From an uncultured Acidimicrobiaceae bacterium (GTDB taxonomy: Bacteria; Actinomycetota; Acidimicrobiia; Acidimicrobiales; RAAP-2), in NCBI GenBank assembly GCA_963850185.1, contig CAWKKE010000018.1, forward strand, positions 46,253 through 110,252: a stretch of DNA of 64,000 bases, in the 5' to 3' direction. Below, in pieces: positions 49,166 through 59,814 of this stretch. Below the pieces are notes generated by a model, which saw only the letters and a list, made by a program, of their open reading frames with translations, was not told the DNA's origin and ran no database searches. Position 1 is the first letter of the stretch; every line of letters begins with the position of its first letter. A program made the position numbers and the translations under genes.

Positions 49166-49511
49166 CCCATGCCCGATCCCCACTGCTTCTGACGGCGCAA
49201 ACTAGCAGGGAACCAGCTGAGAACCAAGGGTCGACGACCTGTGGCTGCTGGGGCATTTCGGATGGCTCATCATGCGTTCCAGCTCGACGCGAGGTCTCTG
49301 AGCTGGGGCGTCACTACGGCATTCGCCGGATCGATCCTGATCCTGTTCGGGCGCCACTCACGCCGTGCGACCCTGAGGCCCGTGCGTCTCTCCGCCTCGG
49401 CTTGGCCCGACGGTGCGCTCCTCTGTCTGGGCAGCGTTGTGCACCCGTTGCGTCTCGGTGGTCTGACCGGCCCTATCTGAATGCAGCGCCGAGTGTCAGG
49501 ATCCGAAACGA

Positions 49512-49565
49512 GGGGGGCGGTGACCGGGGGAACCGATGCACGCACGTCGCGGGTCACCGCCCCTC
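49512..49565. other. GC-rich hairpin, 12-bp perfect stem (GGGGCGGTGACC / GGTCACCGCCCC), extendable to 14 bp, 26-nt loop
   Basis: Read directly, ~150 nt upstream of the PilZ gene start. Confidence 0.7.
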
Positions 49566-49717
49566 GCTCCAATCCGCTCATCGTCCTGTGTTTAGGTCGT
49601 CGGCATGCCGGAAAAGACGGAACACATCCAGTCGTTGCATCGCGCCCTCGTGGCGTGAGCCCCGATGAGGATCGGCGTGGGAGAGACGACCCCTAGGCGA
49701 CCGGGAGGAGGTGCTTC

Positions 49718-50065
49718 ATGGAATTCCGCCGCCGAGTGCCACGCCGAATGGCCGGGTGGGACGGCTACTGCCACATCGACGGCGAGCCCGTCGAGCAACG
49801 GAGGGCGTGCCGCGTCCTGGACATCTCAGAATTCGGGGCCGGGATCCTGCTCCGTTGTCCCCAGGGTCTCGAGCTCGTGGGGCACCATCTCTCCCTCGAG
49901 ACGCCGACGTTCGGCCTGTCCGTGAATGTCCAGCTCGACGGCACGGTGAGGAACGCTGTGCCGACGGACGACGGCTGCTTCCGACTCGGCATCGAGTTCG
50001 CCGCACTCACCGAACTCGAAGAGGCCGTCTTCAAGGCACTGGGCGTCATGAGCGACGTTCAGTAG
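49718..50065 (+). CDS. stand-alone PilZ domain protein
   Basis: 'RRRVPRR' (RxxxR) near the N-terminus and 'DISEFGAG' (DxSxxG). GGAGGAGG lies 7 nt upstream of the ATG. Confidence 0.75.
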   Translation: MEFRRRVPRRMAGWDGYCHIDGEPVEQRRACRVLDISEFGAGILLRCPQGLELVGHHLSLETPTFGLSVNVQLDGTVRNAVPTDDGCFRLGIEFAALTELEEAVFKALGVMSDVQ

Positions 50066-50168
50066 CACCGGCGCAGTAGCACCGGCGCAGGATCTCCGGT
50101 TTGCGCCGCAGGGAGGGATGTCAGATGGTCCCGTTCCCGGCCGGACGCACTCCCCGCCAGTGACGTGC

Positions 50169-50417
50169 TCAGCGACCGCCTGCGGCCAATCGTCGGGGTC
50201 CGGCGTGGTTCTCCGCCAGGCGCTCAGCCGTCACTTGGTCCGGCAACGGCAGCCCGATGCCGATCGGCACCGAGGAGGACCTGTCGTCTCGGCATTGCCG
50301 GCACTCGACGACCCAAGGTCCGTCGGGCCGATGGATAATTCTGGGGTGGTGCGGGCTGCGCACGCCAACCTCCTGCTCCTCCGACAACGCCCCCTCGCCG
50401 AGCGGCACCCTATCCAT
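50169..50417 (-). CDS. hypothetical small protein
   Basis: 82 aa from an internal ATG of ORF 50169..50624, 'IIHRPDGPWVVECRQCRDD...'. Weak call. Confidence 0.3.
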   Translation of the reverse strand: MDRVPLGEGALSEEQEVGVRSPHHPRIIHRPDGPWVVECRQCRDDRSSSVPIGIGLPLPDQVTAERLAENHAGPRRLAAGGR

Positions 50418-50571
50418 GGCCCGACTGTGACCACAAAAGGAAGGCGCCCGATGACCCCCCGACACCGGCGGACAGCTCGAGCCGACGAGGGTTGCCCGAC
50501 GCCGCCGCTTCACGTCGCCGTACCCACCTCGTATCGTGGGCGGCCGAGAACCGTGAGCAGGAGGCGGATCC

Positions 50572-51237
50572 GTGAGCGATTGGGCGACCGAGCCGAGCAG
50601 CTTCCGGGGGCACCCAGCGGCCATCCAGAATGCAGCGGCGCTTTTCGGTCAGACGATGGGGTATGTGGCGATCACGGTCGGATTCTTCGCGCTCGGCGCC
50701 TACCTGGGCCGCAATCTGACCTATGGCTGGGGCTGGGTGACTTTTCTCGGAGCCTTCGCCTGCCTGTTCGCGATGAGATTCGCTGTGCGGCAATCGGCCA
50801 CGCTCGCCGCGGGCCTGCTTTTCGTCTTCGGGATCCTCATCGGGCTCGCGGTGGCGCCGACCCTCGCCTACTACGCCAGCGTGGACGTCAAGGCACTCTG
50901 GCAAGCTGGAGGGGCCACTGCCCTCTTCATGATCGGACTCGGCGCGGCAGGCTACGGCAGCCGGCGGGATCTCTCCGGCCTTGCCCGCGCCTGTTTCTGG
51001 GGACTGGTCGCACTCATCTTGTTCGGCATCGTGGCGATATTCGTCCATATCCCGAACGCCGCTCTCATCTACTCAATCGCCGGCCTGGTCATCTTCGCCG
51101 GTCTCACGATGTTCGATTTCCAGAGGCTGCGGAGCAGCAGCAACACCGCCTCCGCTCCGCTCATCGCAGCGTCCATCTTTCTCGATGCCCTGAACGTCTT
51201 CCTCTTCTTCTTGAACATCTTCAGCAGGAGCGATTGA
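50572..51237 (+). CDS. Bax inhibitor-1/YccA family membrane protein
   Basis: Seven hydrophobic spans and the C-terminal '[20 protein letters not shown]', typical of the family. Confidence 0.85.
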   Translation: MSDWATEPSSFRGHPAAIQNAAALFGQTMGYVAITVGFFALGAYLGRNLTYGWGWVTFLGAFACLFAMRFAVRQSATLAAGLLFVFGILIGLAVAPTLAYYASVDVKALWQAGGATALFMIGLGAAGYGSRRDLSGLARACFWGLVALILFGIVAIFVHIPNAALIYSIAGLVIFAGLTMFDFQRLRSSSNTASAPLIAASIFLDALNVFLFFLNIFSRSD

Positions 51238-52137
51238 AACTGGCCGAGGGCTCAATCGATCGTTCGCTGCGGCCACGAGCTCATCGAGCATGCGGTCCAA
51301 TGCCCCGATGCCGACGGAGAGGTGACCCTCGCCTTCCTCGAGGTGGACCGAGGCCCCGGCGATCCGTGAGGCCAGCGCTTCGCCATGGGCGAACGGCACC
51401 ATCAGATCCAAGCTGCCTTGCCAGATCATCGTGGGGCCGGAGAGCTCATCGAAGTCGAATCCCCACGATTCGGTGAACGCGAGGTCGTCGTCGACCCAGC
51501 CGTCCACACCGTGGCGGAGCGCCTCGGCGAAGCCTGCCGCCATGTCCTCTCCGAACTCGTCGGTCAGGACGGCCTTGTCCACGTCTGGGAGCAGGGAATC
51601 GAGTTCGGCGATGATGCCAGCCGAGTCGGTGTCCTTGAGATGCTCCCGCACCTCCTCGAGCAAAGGGCGCAGCGTGGGCTCTCCGAGCAGAGCGGCCCCG
51701 AACTCGGCCACGTTGTCCTCGCCCATGCCGGCCATCCAGTCGAGACCGGGGACGCCGTACGGCGCGACGCCGGAGATCACGAGGGTGCCGGCGACAGAGC
51801 CGAGGCGGGCGCCACAGGCCAACGCGTGCGGTCCGCCACCGGACCAGCCGGCCACCAGGCAGCGGTCCGCCTCAATCGCGGTGAGTACTGCTGCCGTGTC
51901 CTGCACAACGTCGACGACCCGACGACCGCGCAGCCGTGAGGAACTGCCGTACCCGGGCCTCGAGAAGGTGGCGAACCGGAGGCCCCGGTCGTGGGCCGCT
52001 CGTTCGAGTGCCCGGATCGGCGTCGCAGCGCCGGGAGTTCCGTGGTGGAAGACGAGAGGAAGGCCGTCGATCGGACCGCTCACCCTGACGTCGAGGTGCC
52101 GGCCATCGTCGAGCTCGATCTGCCGTTCTGATGCCAT
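51073..52137 (-). CDS. alpha/beta hydrolase (3' end doubtful)
   Basis: 'LVFHHGTPG' and the nucleophile elbow 'AGWSGGG'. As sequenced, the last ~55 codons overlap the convergent BI-1 gene. A TGA in another frame at 51252-51254 would be a more usual end. Confidence 0.7.
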   Translation of the reverse strand: MASERQIELDDGRHLDVRVSGPIDGLPLVFHHGTPGAATPIRALERAAHDRGLRFATFSRPGYGSSSRLRGRRVVDVVQDTAAVLTAIEADRCLVAGWSGGGPHALACGARLGSVAGTLVISGVAPYGVPGLDWMAGMGEDNVAEFGAALLGEPTLRPLLEEVREHLKDTDSAGIIAELDSLLPDVDKAVLTDEFGEDMAAGFAEALRHGVDGWVDDDLAFTESWGFDFDELSGPTMIWQGSLDLMVPFAHGEALASRIAGASVHLEEGEGHLSVGIGALDRMLDELVAAANDRLSPRPVSIAPAEDVQEEEEDVQGIEKDGRCDERSGGGVAAAPQPLEIEHRETGEDDQAGD

Positions 52138-52191
52138 CGCCTGATTTTCACACAGGATCGGCAAGACCTTCAGAGAGTTCCTTTCGCGGCC

Positions 52192-53601
52192 CTACTCACC
52201 CAAGAGCCAGTGGTCCGGGGCGATCAGTTCGGCGGCTTCGGGCGGCCCCCACGAATCCTTCGCGTACGTCAGCGGTTCGGGCTTGTCGTTCAGGATCTCA
52301 TTGGCCACCTTCCAGACGTGGGCAAGCCCGTCGGGCCGCGTGAACAACGACCGGTCACCCATCAGGACGTCGTGCAGCAAGCGTGAATACGCCGGGAGCG
52401 ACGGCGTATGGAAGGCCTGGCCCAACGGAATGACGACGGTGGACGAGCCGAGCGACTCGGTCACGCCCGCTTCCTTGACGACCAGCGTCAGTCGGACCTC
52501 CCCGTCGCCGGAGAGTTCGAAGCCGAGCACGCTCTGGCCCGTCGGTTGATCGGGAAGGCCGGGAACCGGGTCTCTGAAGATCACGCTGATGCGTTGGTGA
52601 CTCTCGGCCAGACACTTGCCGGTGCGGAGCAAGAAGGGCACGCCGTCCCAGCGGTCGTTGTCCACCCACATCCGGGCGGCAACGAACGTCTCGGTCCGAG
52701 AATCGCTGGCCACGCCCTTTGTTTCGCGATAGCCCTCGTACTGGCCCACGACCACGTCGGTGTGGCGAAGGGGCCGAAAGCACCCGATGACGTTCTCCCG
52801 CGCTGCGGCCAGGCATTCGGGTTCGAGGCAGTGCGGTGGGTCCATCGCCATCTCAGCCGCCAGCTGCATGAGATGGGTCACCAACATGTCGAGAATGGCT
52901 CCGGTGGACTCGTAGAACGAAGCCCGCATCGCAACATCGAGCGTTTCCGGCACGTCTATCTCTACGCTTTCGATGTGGGTTCGGTCCCACGACCCGGCGA
53001 AGAGGCCATTGGCAAATCGCAGGACATGAATGTCCTGGGTGGCCTCCTTCCCGAGGAAGTGGTCGATCCGGTAAATCTGCGTCTCTTCGAAGGTGTCGTG
53101 GGCGATGCGGTCGAGCTCGGTGAACGCCTCCAGGGAGGTGCCGAACGGCTTCTCGTAGACCACCCGAGAGCCCTCGGCCAAATGGCTTGCGCCGATTGCT
53201 TCTGTAAGGGGCCCAAATGCTGCCGGTGGGACGGCCATGTAATGGATGAGCTGAGGGTGCCCGCCGATCTCCTTTTCGGCCTGTTTCACGACCTCGAGCA
53301 GGGTTCCGGGATCGGAGCTGCTGAATCCGCCACCAGCGAAGCGCAGGCGGGCGCGCACCTCTTCCCAGGGACCCTCCGATGGCTTGGGCCCGAACTCTTC
53401 GAGACTCTGGCGCACGCGCTCTTGGAAGTCTTCATCCGAGAGGTCGCCCCGCCCGTTGCCGATCAGGCGCCAGTCGCTGGGCAGGAGTCCGGCGATTGCC
53501 AGTTGGAAGATCGCCGGCAACACAAGGCGATGGGCCAGATCTCCGGTGGCTCCGTAGAGAATGAAGATCGTCGGGTCCGGGGTGAGAGGGCCGTCTGCCA
53601 T
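52192..53601 (-). CDS. zwf: glucose-6-phosphate dehydrogenase
   Basis: 'ILYGATGDLA', 'EKPFG' and 'RIDHFLGKE'. Confidence 0.9.
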   Translation of the reverse strand: MADGPLTPDPTIFILYGATGDLAHRLVLPAIFQLAIAGLLPSDWRLIGNGRGDLSDEDFQERVRQSLEEFGPKPSEGPWEEVRARLRFAGGGFSSSDPGTLLEVVKQAEKEIGGHPQLIHYMAVPPAAFGPLTEAIGASHLAEGSRVVYEKPFGTSLEAFTELDRIAHDTFEETQIYRIDHFLGKEATQDIHVLRFANGLFAGSWDRTHIESVEIDVPETLDVAMRASFYESTGAILDMLVTHLMQLAAEMAMDPPHCLEPECLAAARENVIGCFRPLRHTDVVVGQYEGYRETKGVASDSRTETFVAARMWVDNDRWDGVPFLLRTGKCLAESHQRISVIFRDPVPGLPDQPTGQSVLGFELSGDGEVRLTLVVKEAGVTESLGSSTVVIPLGQAFHTPSLPAYSRLLHDVLMGDRSLFTRPDGLAHVWKVANEILNDKPEPLTYAKDSWGPPEAAELIAPDHWLLGE

Positions 53602-53873
53602 TGGCGATGCTCCTTAGGTGGTTCCGAATGCAATTGGCCGGTGCCACTGCAGCCTGGCGATGGCCGCGTCCCCGTACACGGACAGGCACACGCCCGGCGC
53701 AAGCGCAACCTCTCGGCCCAACGCTAAGCCATCGAGCAGACCGATGTCAGGGGATGTCGTTCGGGTCCGTGGCCTTGACAGGTGCTCGAGGAACGGCCAA
53801 CCTTTCGCAACGGCCGTGAATGGCGCACGGCCGGCATGTTCCGGCACCTCCACCGGGACGGCGGAGGTGCCGG

Positions 53874-55187
53874 ATGCAGGTGAGCGGCATGAAGCGGGGA
53901 ACGACAGCGACGCACGTGCAGGCCGTGCTTGCCATCGACGATCGCGTTCTTCGCAACTACTGGGTCACCCAGACCTACTCGGACCTCGCGGCGGGACTGA
54001 CTCAGTTGTTGCAGGCGAACACGGCCAACTGGTGCACGTTCGGCACGTGGGCCTCGGATACGGTCGGACGGAACATCCGGGGCGAGGACCTGCCCAAATG
54101 GCTCCATGACCGCGTCGTCCTTCACGACGGGATGATGGGCGCCATCCGCTCGGTGAACCAGGGGCCACAGGGGACCTTGCTCTCGGAGTGCCTCCAGGCC
54201 GTCACCCCTGATCACGTCATTGGCGTCGTCCGTGAACTTCTGAGTGCGTGCGCCATGAATCTGTCCAACGGCAACACCGAGGTGTTCGCCGAGATCGCAC
54301 CAGCGGCGGCGACCTTCATCGCCTGCTACGGAGCCCAGCCGGTCGATCACGTCGCCGCCCGGGCTCAGGTGCTCGAGCTGTGCGAGGGTGCGCCGCCGTT
54401 CGAAGGTGTCAATCGCCTCCGAGGCCGGTTTCTCGCTCTGGTGCGACGCCATGAAGGAGACGGTTGCTGCAACCAGGAGTCAGCTCATCCTGGCCGGCTC
54501 GCTGCAGCTCGGAGCACACGAGCAGCATCACCTCCAAGGAGCGATCGCCGGCAGCATGGACATGGGGATCAACCAGGGCGCTGCCCTCTACCGGGAGCGT
54601 CTGGTCTCGGAGAGTCGGGACATTTGCCCGGCTTGCGCCGTCGATCACCTCGGCTCTCGACCCCCTCGTGCGCGCCACAGGCGATCTCTGGGGGGAACTG
54701 ATGACGAAGCTTCTCGGGACAATAGAGACGCCCGACGGAACGTTGTTGCTCGACCAAAACGTGCCCCCCATTCCGGGCCAGCCGTTCACGCCACCCGATG
54801 TGAAGCCCGTAGTCGTGAACGCACTGGACGCACTGCTCACTCGCTTCGACCGGAGCAACGGCAACGGCGCCGGAAGTGCCGCGGCCGACTGGGTCAACCT
54901 CGATGACCGCATGAACTTCATCGCGAACCTGTTTCTTTCCCGCCATCACCGGGTCGAGTTGTTCGCGCCGCCCTTCGACCTCGCGGTGGTGGCGGACATC
55001 GAAGCGGGCCGCATCCCTGGCCAGAGATTCTCCATCGGCGCCCCCAGCTCGACTTCTCAAAGCCGTCCACCGCCCACTATCGGGACCCGGCGCTTCACCG
55101 ACACCTTCCTGGAGGGCCTCCGCACCGCATCCGACGGGCCGGCCGATCAGGCTGTCAGCACCTTCTTTGCGGAGAGCGGAGAGGGTC
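53874..55187 (+). pseudogene. conserved-looking protein of unknown function, split over three frames
   Basis: ATG 53874 is preceded by GGAGG. 'YWVTQTYSDLAAGL...ANWCTFGTWASDTVGRNIRGEDLP' lies in frame 1. 'EAGFSLWCDAMKETVAATRSQLILAGSLQLGAHEQHHLQGAI' follows after ~54418, and 'TFARLAPSITSALDPLVRATGDLWGELMTKLLG...MNFIANLFLSRHH' after ~54620. Confidence 0.5.
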
Positions 55188-56243
55188 ATGCGCGGCTCTT
55201 TGTGCGACTGGCACAGCTTTCGGCCGGCGACGTCCCGGGACGAAGTGCTTCCCGGCGTCGGCGCGTTCGTCGGGGCCAAGGAACCCTGGCCGGAGTGGGC
55301 CGATCGGGACCTCGTCCGAACAAGGCCAGAAGTTCTTCCGTCAATGGGGGCCCCAACTCGGCATGGCGCTGTGGATGGCATCCCTGCCCGCCGACTACGC
55401 CTGTGCCAAAGGGGCGGAGCCGCTGGTCCGAACCGCTCGGCTGACCGGGAAGCCGAAGCGCCGCTATGTCGAAACAGGGCAGATGATCATCAATGCCATG
55501 ACATCGGGCGCTCTCGAGGCCGGGGCTCCGGGTTATGAGACGATCCGTCACGTCCGTGTCATGCACGCGGCGGTCCGTCACCTCCTGCTCCATGGGGAGG
55601 ATCTCCGGTCACCCGCCGGAGATCCGATCGGGCCCTGGGACGACGCTCTCGGCGTCCCCCTGAACCAGGAGGACCTTCTCGGATGCCTGTTCTCCTTCAG
55701 CGTCGTCGGCATCGACGCCCTCCGACGGTCCGGCGTCGACGTGACGGACGCCGAAGCCGAGGCCTACATCCATACGTGGAACCTGGTCGGTCACCAGCTG
55801 GGAATTCGGTCTGACCTCCTTCCGTTGGACTGGGCGGATTCCGTGGCCATCTGGGAGCACATCAAGGCCCGCGCCTACGACCAGAGTGACGCCGGCCGGG
55901 AGCTCACCGCGGCCGCCATCGAATGCATGCAGGATCTCATCCGGATCGGCCCATGGGAGGCTTTCCGGCGGCCGGCATCCGCCACTTTCTCGGCGACCAG
56001 ACCGCGGACCTGCTGGGGGTTCCCAAGGCCAATTGGACGCGCTGGTTCTTCACCTTCGTCCAAGTCAGCGACACCCTCTTCGACCAGACCTGGGGCCGTC
56101 TGCCCGGCGTGCCCAATCTGTCCGCCGCACTTGGACTGAGGATGCTCGGCGGGTTCGAGCTCACCGAGCGCGACGGGGACCGAGCAAGCTTCCAAATTGC
56201 CGACGAACTCAGGGCCGCGTGGGGAATGGGGAGCGCATCCTGA
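55188..56243 (+). pseudogene. MpaB/DUF2236-family oxygenase-like protein, split over three frames
   Basis: 'WPEWADRDLV' then (after ~55320) 'QKFFRQWGPQLGMALWMASLPADYACAKGAEPLVRTARL...ETIRHVRVMHAAVRHLL'. After ~55950 it reads 'GGFPAAGIRHFLGDQTADLLGVP...'. Confidence 0.6.
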
Positions 56244-56389
56244 CCCGCCGGTGACTCCGCGGTTCTCCGGGCGCTCATGACTGAGCGCGTCCCGGAGCCT
56301 CAACCGCAGTTGCTTGTGCGTCGTACCCGCCTTAACGTGCGATCGTACGAGAGGGGTCCCGTGCGACGTGGTGCTCCAGGAGGTGCTGC

Positions 56390-59300
56390 GTGACCACTGA
56401 GAACTTGGCAGTTCTCTTCTCTGATGTGGTCGGATCGACCGAGCTGTCGCTTGCCATGCCGCCCGAAGACGCGGACGAGGTGCGGCGCGGGTATTTCTCG
56501 GTCTTGCGCCAGGCCGTTGCCGGCACCGGCGGCCATGAAGTCAAAGGATTGGGCGACGGGATCATGGCTATCTTCGCCTCGGCCTCGGCGGCACTCGCCT
56601 GTTCCGTAGCAATGCAGCAAGGCGTCGAGCAGGACAACCGCGAGCGGGCGTACAGCGTCGGACTGCGTATCGGGATGAGCGGTGGGGAGGTCACCGCTGA
56701 CGCCGACGGCGACTACTACGGGGATTGTGTGATCGAAGCAGCCCGATTGTGCGCAATCTGCGAGGGGGGTCAGATCCTTTCGGCGGCAGTCGTCCCCCTG
56801 ATGGCGGGGCGGCGGAACCGGCACGTGTGCCGGTCGATCGGCGTGGTAACCCTGAAAGGGCTCCCCGATCCCGTCGACACGGTCGAGGTGATGTGGGAGC
56901 CGCTCGTCACGGCTGAGACCGGTGGGAACGTCCCATTGCAGCCACGCTTGACCGTCCGGCCCACCATCGGAGTGTTCGGTCGTCAATCGGAAACGGCCAC
57001 ACTCACTGCTGCGTTCTCACGTGTGGCTAGCGGCGAAGGGCGGGAGATCATCCTCGTGAGCGGCGAGGCCGGCCTCGGGAAGACCACTCTGGTTGCCGAA
57101 GCAGCCCGCGCCGTCCACCGCACGGGCGCCACCGTCCTGTTCGGTCATTGCGAGGAGGACATGGCCTCGCCGTACCAGCTTTTCGCCGAATCTCTCGGCC
57201 ACTATGTCAACAGCGTGGACGACGAGCGCCTCGGGCGCCATACGCGCGCCAATGCCTCCGAGCTCATACGGCTCATTCCTGCCCTCAGCAGCCGCATCGC
57301 CGACGTCCCGCAGCCCAAGGCAACCGATAGCGACACCGAGCGGTATCTGCTCTTCACCGCGGTGGTCGGATTGTTGGCGGAGGTATCGGCCGACGAACCC
57401 GTCATGCTCATCTTCGACGATCTTCAATGGGCAGACTCGGGCAGCCTCCTACTCTTGCGCCATCTGGCGACGACCGAACTGCCGATGCGGGTGCTCATCC
57501 TGGCGACCCTCCGCGATCACGAGCTGCCGAACGCGAAGGAGCTGCGCGACACGGTGGGAGAACTCTGGCGCCAGCGACGGGTGTCGCGCTTGGAGCTCGA
57601 GGGTCTGAACCACGGAGACGTGGTGTCCTACATGGAGGCCGCGGCGGGACACAAGCTCGACGAGAGCGCGCTCGCGCTCGCGCACGCAGTACATCGCGAG
57701 ACCGACGGAAACCCGTTCTTCCTCAGCGAGGTGCTCCGCTACTTGGCCGAGACCGGAGGCATCTACCAGGACCTGGCCGGGCAGTGGATGCCCGCCGAAT
57801 CACTCGGTCCACTGGCGCTGCCCGACAGCGTGCGAGAAGTCGTTGGCGGCCGGGTGGCCCGACTCGGGGATCGCGCCGAACGATCCTTGTCCATCGCAGC
57901 GGTTATTGGTCGGAGGTTTGACCTCGATCTTCTCACCAGGGCGACTCGGTTCCCCGAGGATGAGGTCATCGACATCCTCGACGCCGCCACGGCCGCAGCA
58001 CTCGTCCGCGAGGTTGCAGGGCCTCCCGGCCACTACACCTTCGCTCACGCCCTCATTCGGCACACGATCTACGAGGGGCTTGGTCCGACCCGACGGTCCC
58101 GCGGCCACCGGCAAGTGGCCGAGGCGCTCGAAGACATCTGTGGCGGCCATCCTGGACCACGCGGTGGGCGAGTTGGCCCGGCAGTGGCTGAACGCGTCGG
58201 GCGGCTCCGCTTCGAGCCGGGCGATTCGTTATGCGCGCCAGGCGGGGGACGCCGCCCTCGGCGCCCTGGCTCCGGCTGACGCCCTCCGGTATTTCTCGCA
58301 GGCACACGAGCTTCTGGAGCAAGTGGACGACCCCGACCCAGTCCTGGCTCTGGACCTGGTCATCGGGCTGGGAACGGCACAGCGCCAGACCGGCGACCCG
58401 GTCTTCCGTGACACCTTGCTCGAAGCCGCTCATCGGGCGTCCGAATTCGGTGACACCGAGCGCCTGGTCGCCGCTGCCCTTGCCAACAATCGCGGCTTCT
58501 ACAGCGCCATTGGAACCACTGACGGCCAGAAGGTCGAAGTGCTGGAGGCCGCCCTCAGCGACCTGCCCGTTCGCACGCCGGAACGTGCGCTCGTCCTGGC
58601 GACGCTGTGCTCGGAGCTTGCCCATGGCAGCCCGCTCGAACTTCGACAGGGTTTGGCGGAAGAGGCAGAGAGCATCGCCAACCAAAGTGGCGACGATGCC
58701 ACCTGTGTGCGCGTCCTCAACCATCTCTACATCCCGCTGCAGGTGCCTCAGCTCCTGGGCCCGGCGCTGGCCCGAACCACCGATGCCCTCGTCCGCGCCG
58801 AGCGCCTCGGTGATCCCGCACTCCTCTACTGGGCCGCGATGTGGCGCTACCAGACAGCCGCCCGATCCGGCGACATCGAGGAACTGGACCGCTGCCTCGC
58901 CATCCAGGGGGCGATGGTGGAGCAGCTGGGGCAGCCGATGTTCGCTTGGGGACACACATTCCTGAGGGGACAGCGCGCCTTCATCGCCGGGGACACGGAC
59001 GGAGCCGAGGCGTTGGCAGGCGAAGCGCTTCAGATCGGAACTGACAGCGGGCAACCGGACGCAACACTTATCTACGGAACGCAACTCATGGGGATACGCG
59101 GACAGCGCGGCACCATGAACGAGCTCATCCCGCTCATCGAGCAGCTGGCGTCCGATGCCCCGGAGATCTCACCCTGGATGTTCGGGTCGCTGTTGGCCAA
59201 GGCTCATGTGGAAGCCGATTGCATCGATGAAGCACTGGACCAGCTCGAGGCTTTCGCCGCGTCAGGCTTCGACCTCCGGCTGGACCACGTCTGGCTCTCA

Positions 59301-59709
59301 GGGATGGTCGACTATGCAGATGCCGCCGTGGCCTGCGGAGACCCAACGTATGCATGGCCTCTCTTCGAGCGCCTCGCTCCCTGGCACGCGCAGCTCCCGG
59401 CCACGAGTGCGTCGGCCCTACCGCCGGTGAGCCACTACCTCGGAGGATTGGCCGGCGTCCTGGGCCGCTATGACGAAGCGGATGCCTACTTCTCGCAATC
59501 GGCAGCGATGAGTGCTCGGTTGGGGGCCAATTTCTTCGCTGCCCGGACGGACCTGTGGTGGGGAAACGTCTTGGCCCAGCGCAATCGGCCGGGTGACGCC
59601 GAGCGCGGCGTCGGCCCGCTTGACGAAGGCCCAACGAGCCGCCCGGACGCACGGATACGCCGACGTAGAGCGGCGTGCCACCGATGCCCTCGCAGCAATG
59701 GGTCGCTGA
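56390..59709 (+). CDS. class III nucleotidyl-cyclase domain / AAA ATPase / TPR-type large regulator (two frame changes, ~58140 and ~59603)
   Basis: 'LAVLFSDVVGSTEL...GLGDGIMAIF' and P-loop 'GEAGLGKTT'. The sequence 'VAEALEDIC|AAILDHAVGELARQWLNA' and the C-terminus 'GDAER|AASARLTKAQRAARTHGYADVERRATDALAAMGR*' are each found in shifted frames. Confidence 0.75.
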
Positions 59710-59814
59710 GCGCACAGGCACTGAATACGCTTTCGGCGGATACCTCGCCACCCGTCACCGAACGTTCATCGCCATGTCACGCCTGGATCACTGTCGGAGC
59801 ACCAGACTGGCGGT

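Noticed and set aside
49115-49717. The hairpins upstream of the PilZ gene as a c-di-GMP riboswitch
   Set aside because: I could not recognise the conserved GEMM-I or GEMM-II core sequences by eye. This needs a covariance-model scan before any such claim.
50118-51476. 452-aa plus-strand ORF
   Set aside because: It is Arg/Pro-rich and out of frame over the BI-1 gene and the antisense hydrolase gene. BI-1 in the 50572 frame is clearly the real gene.
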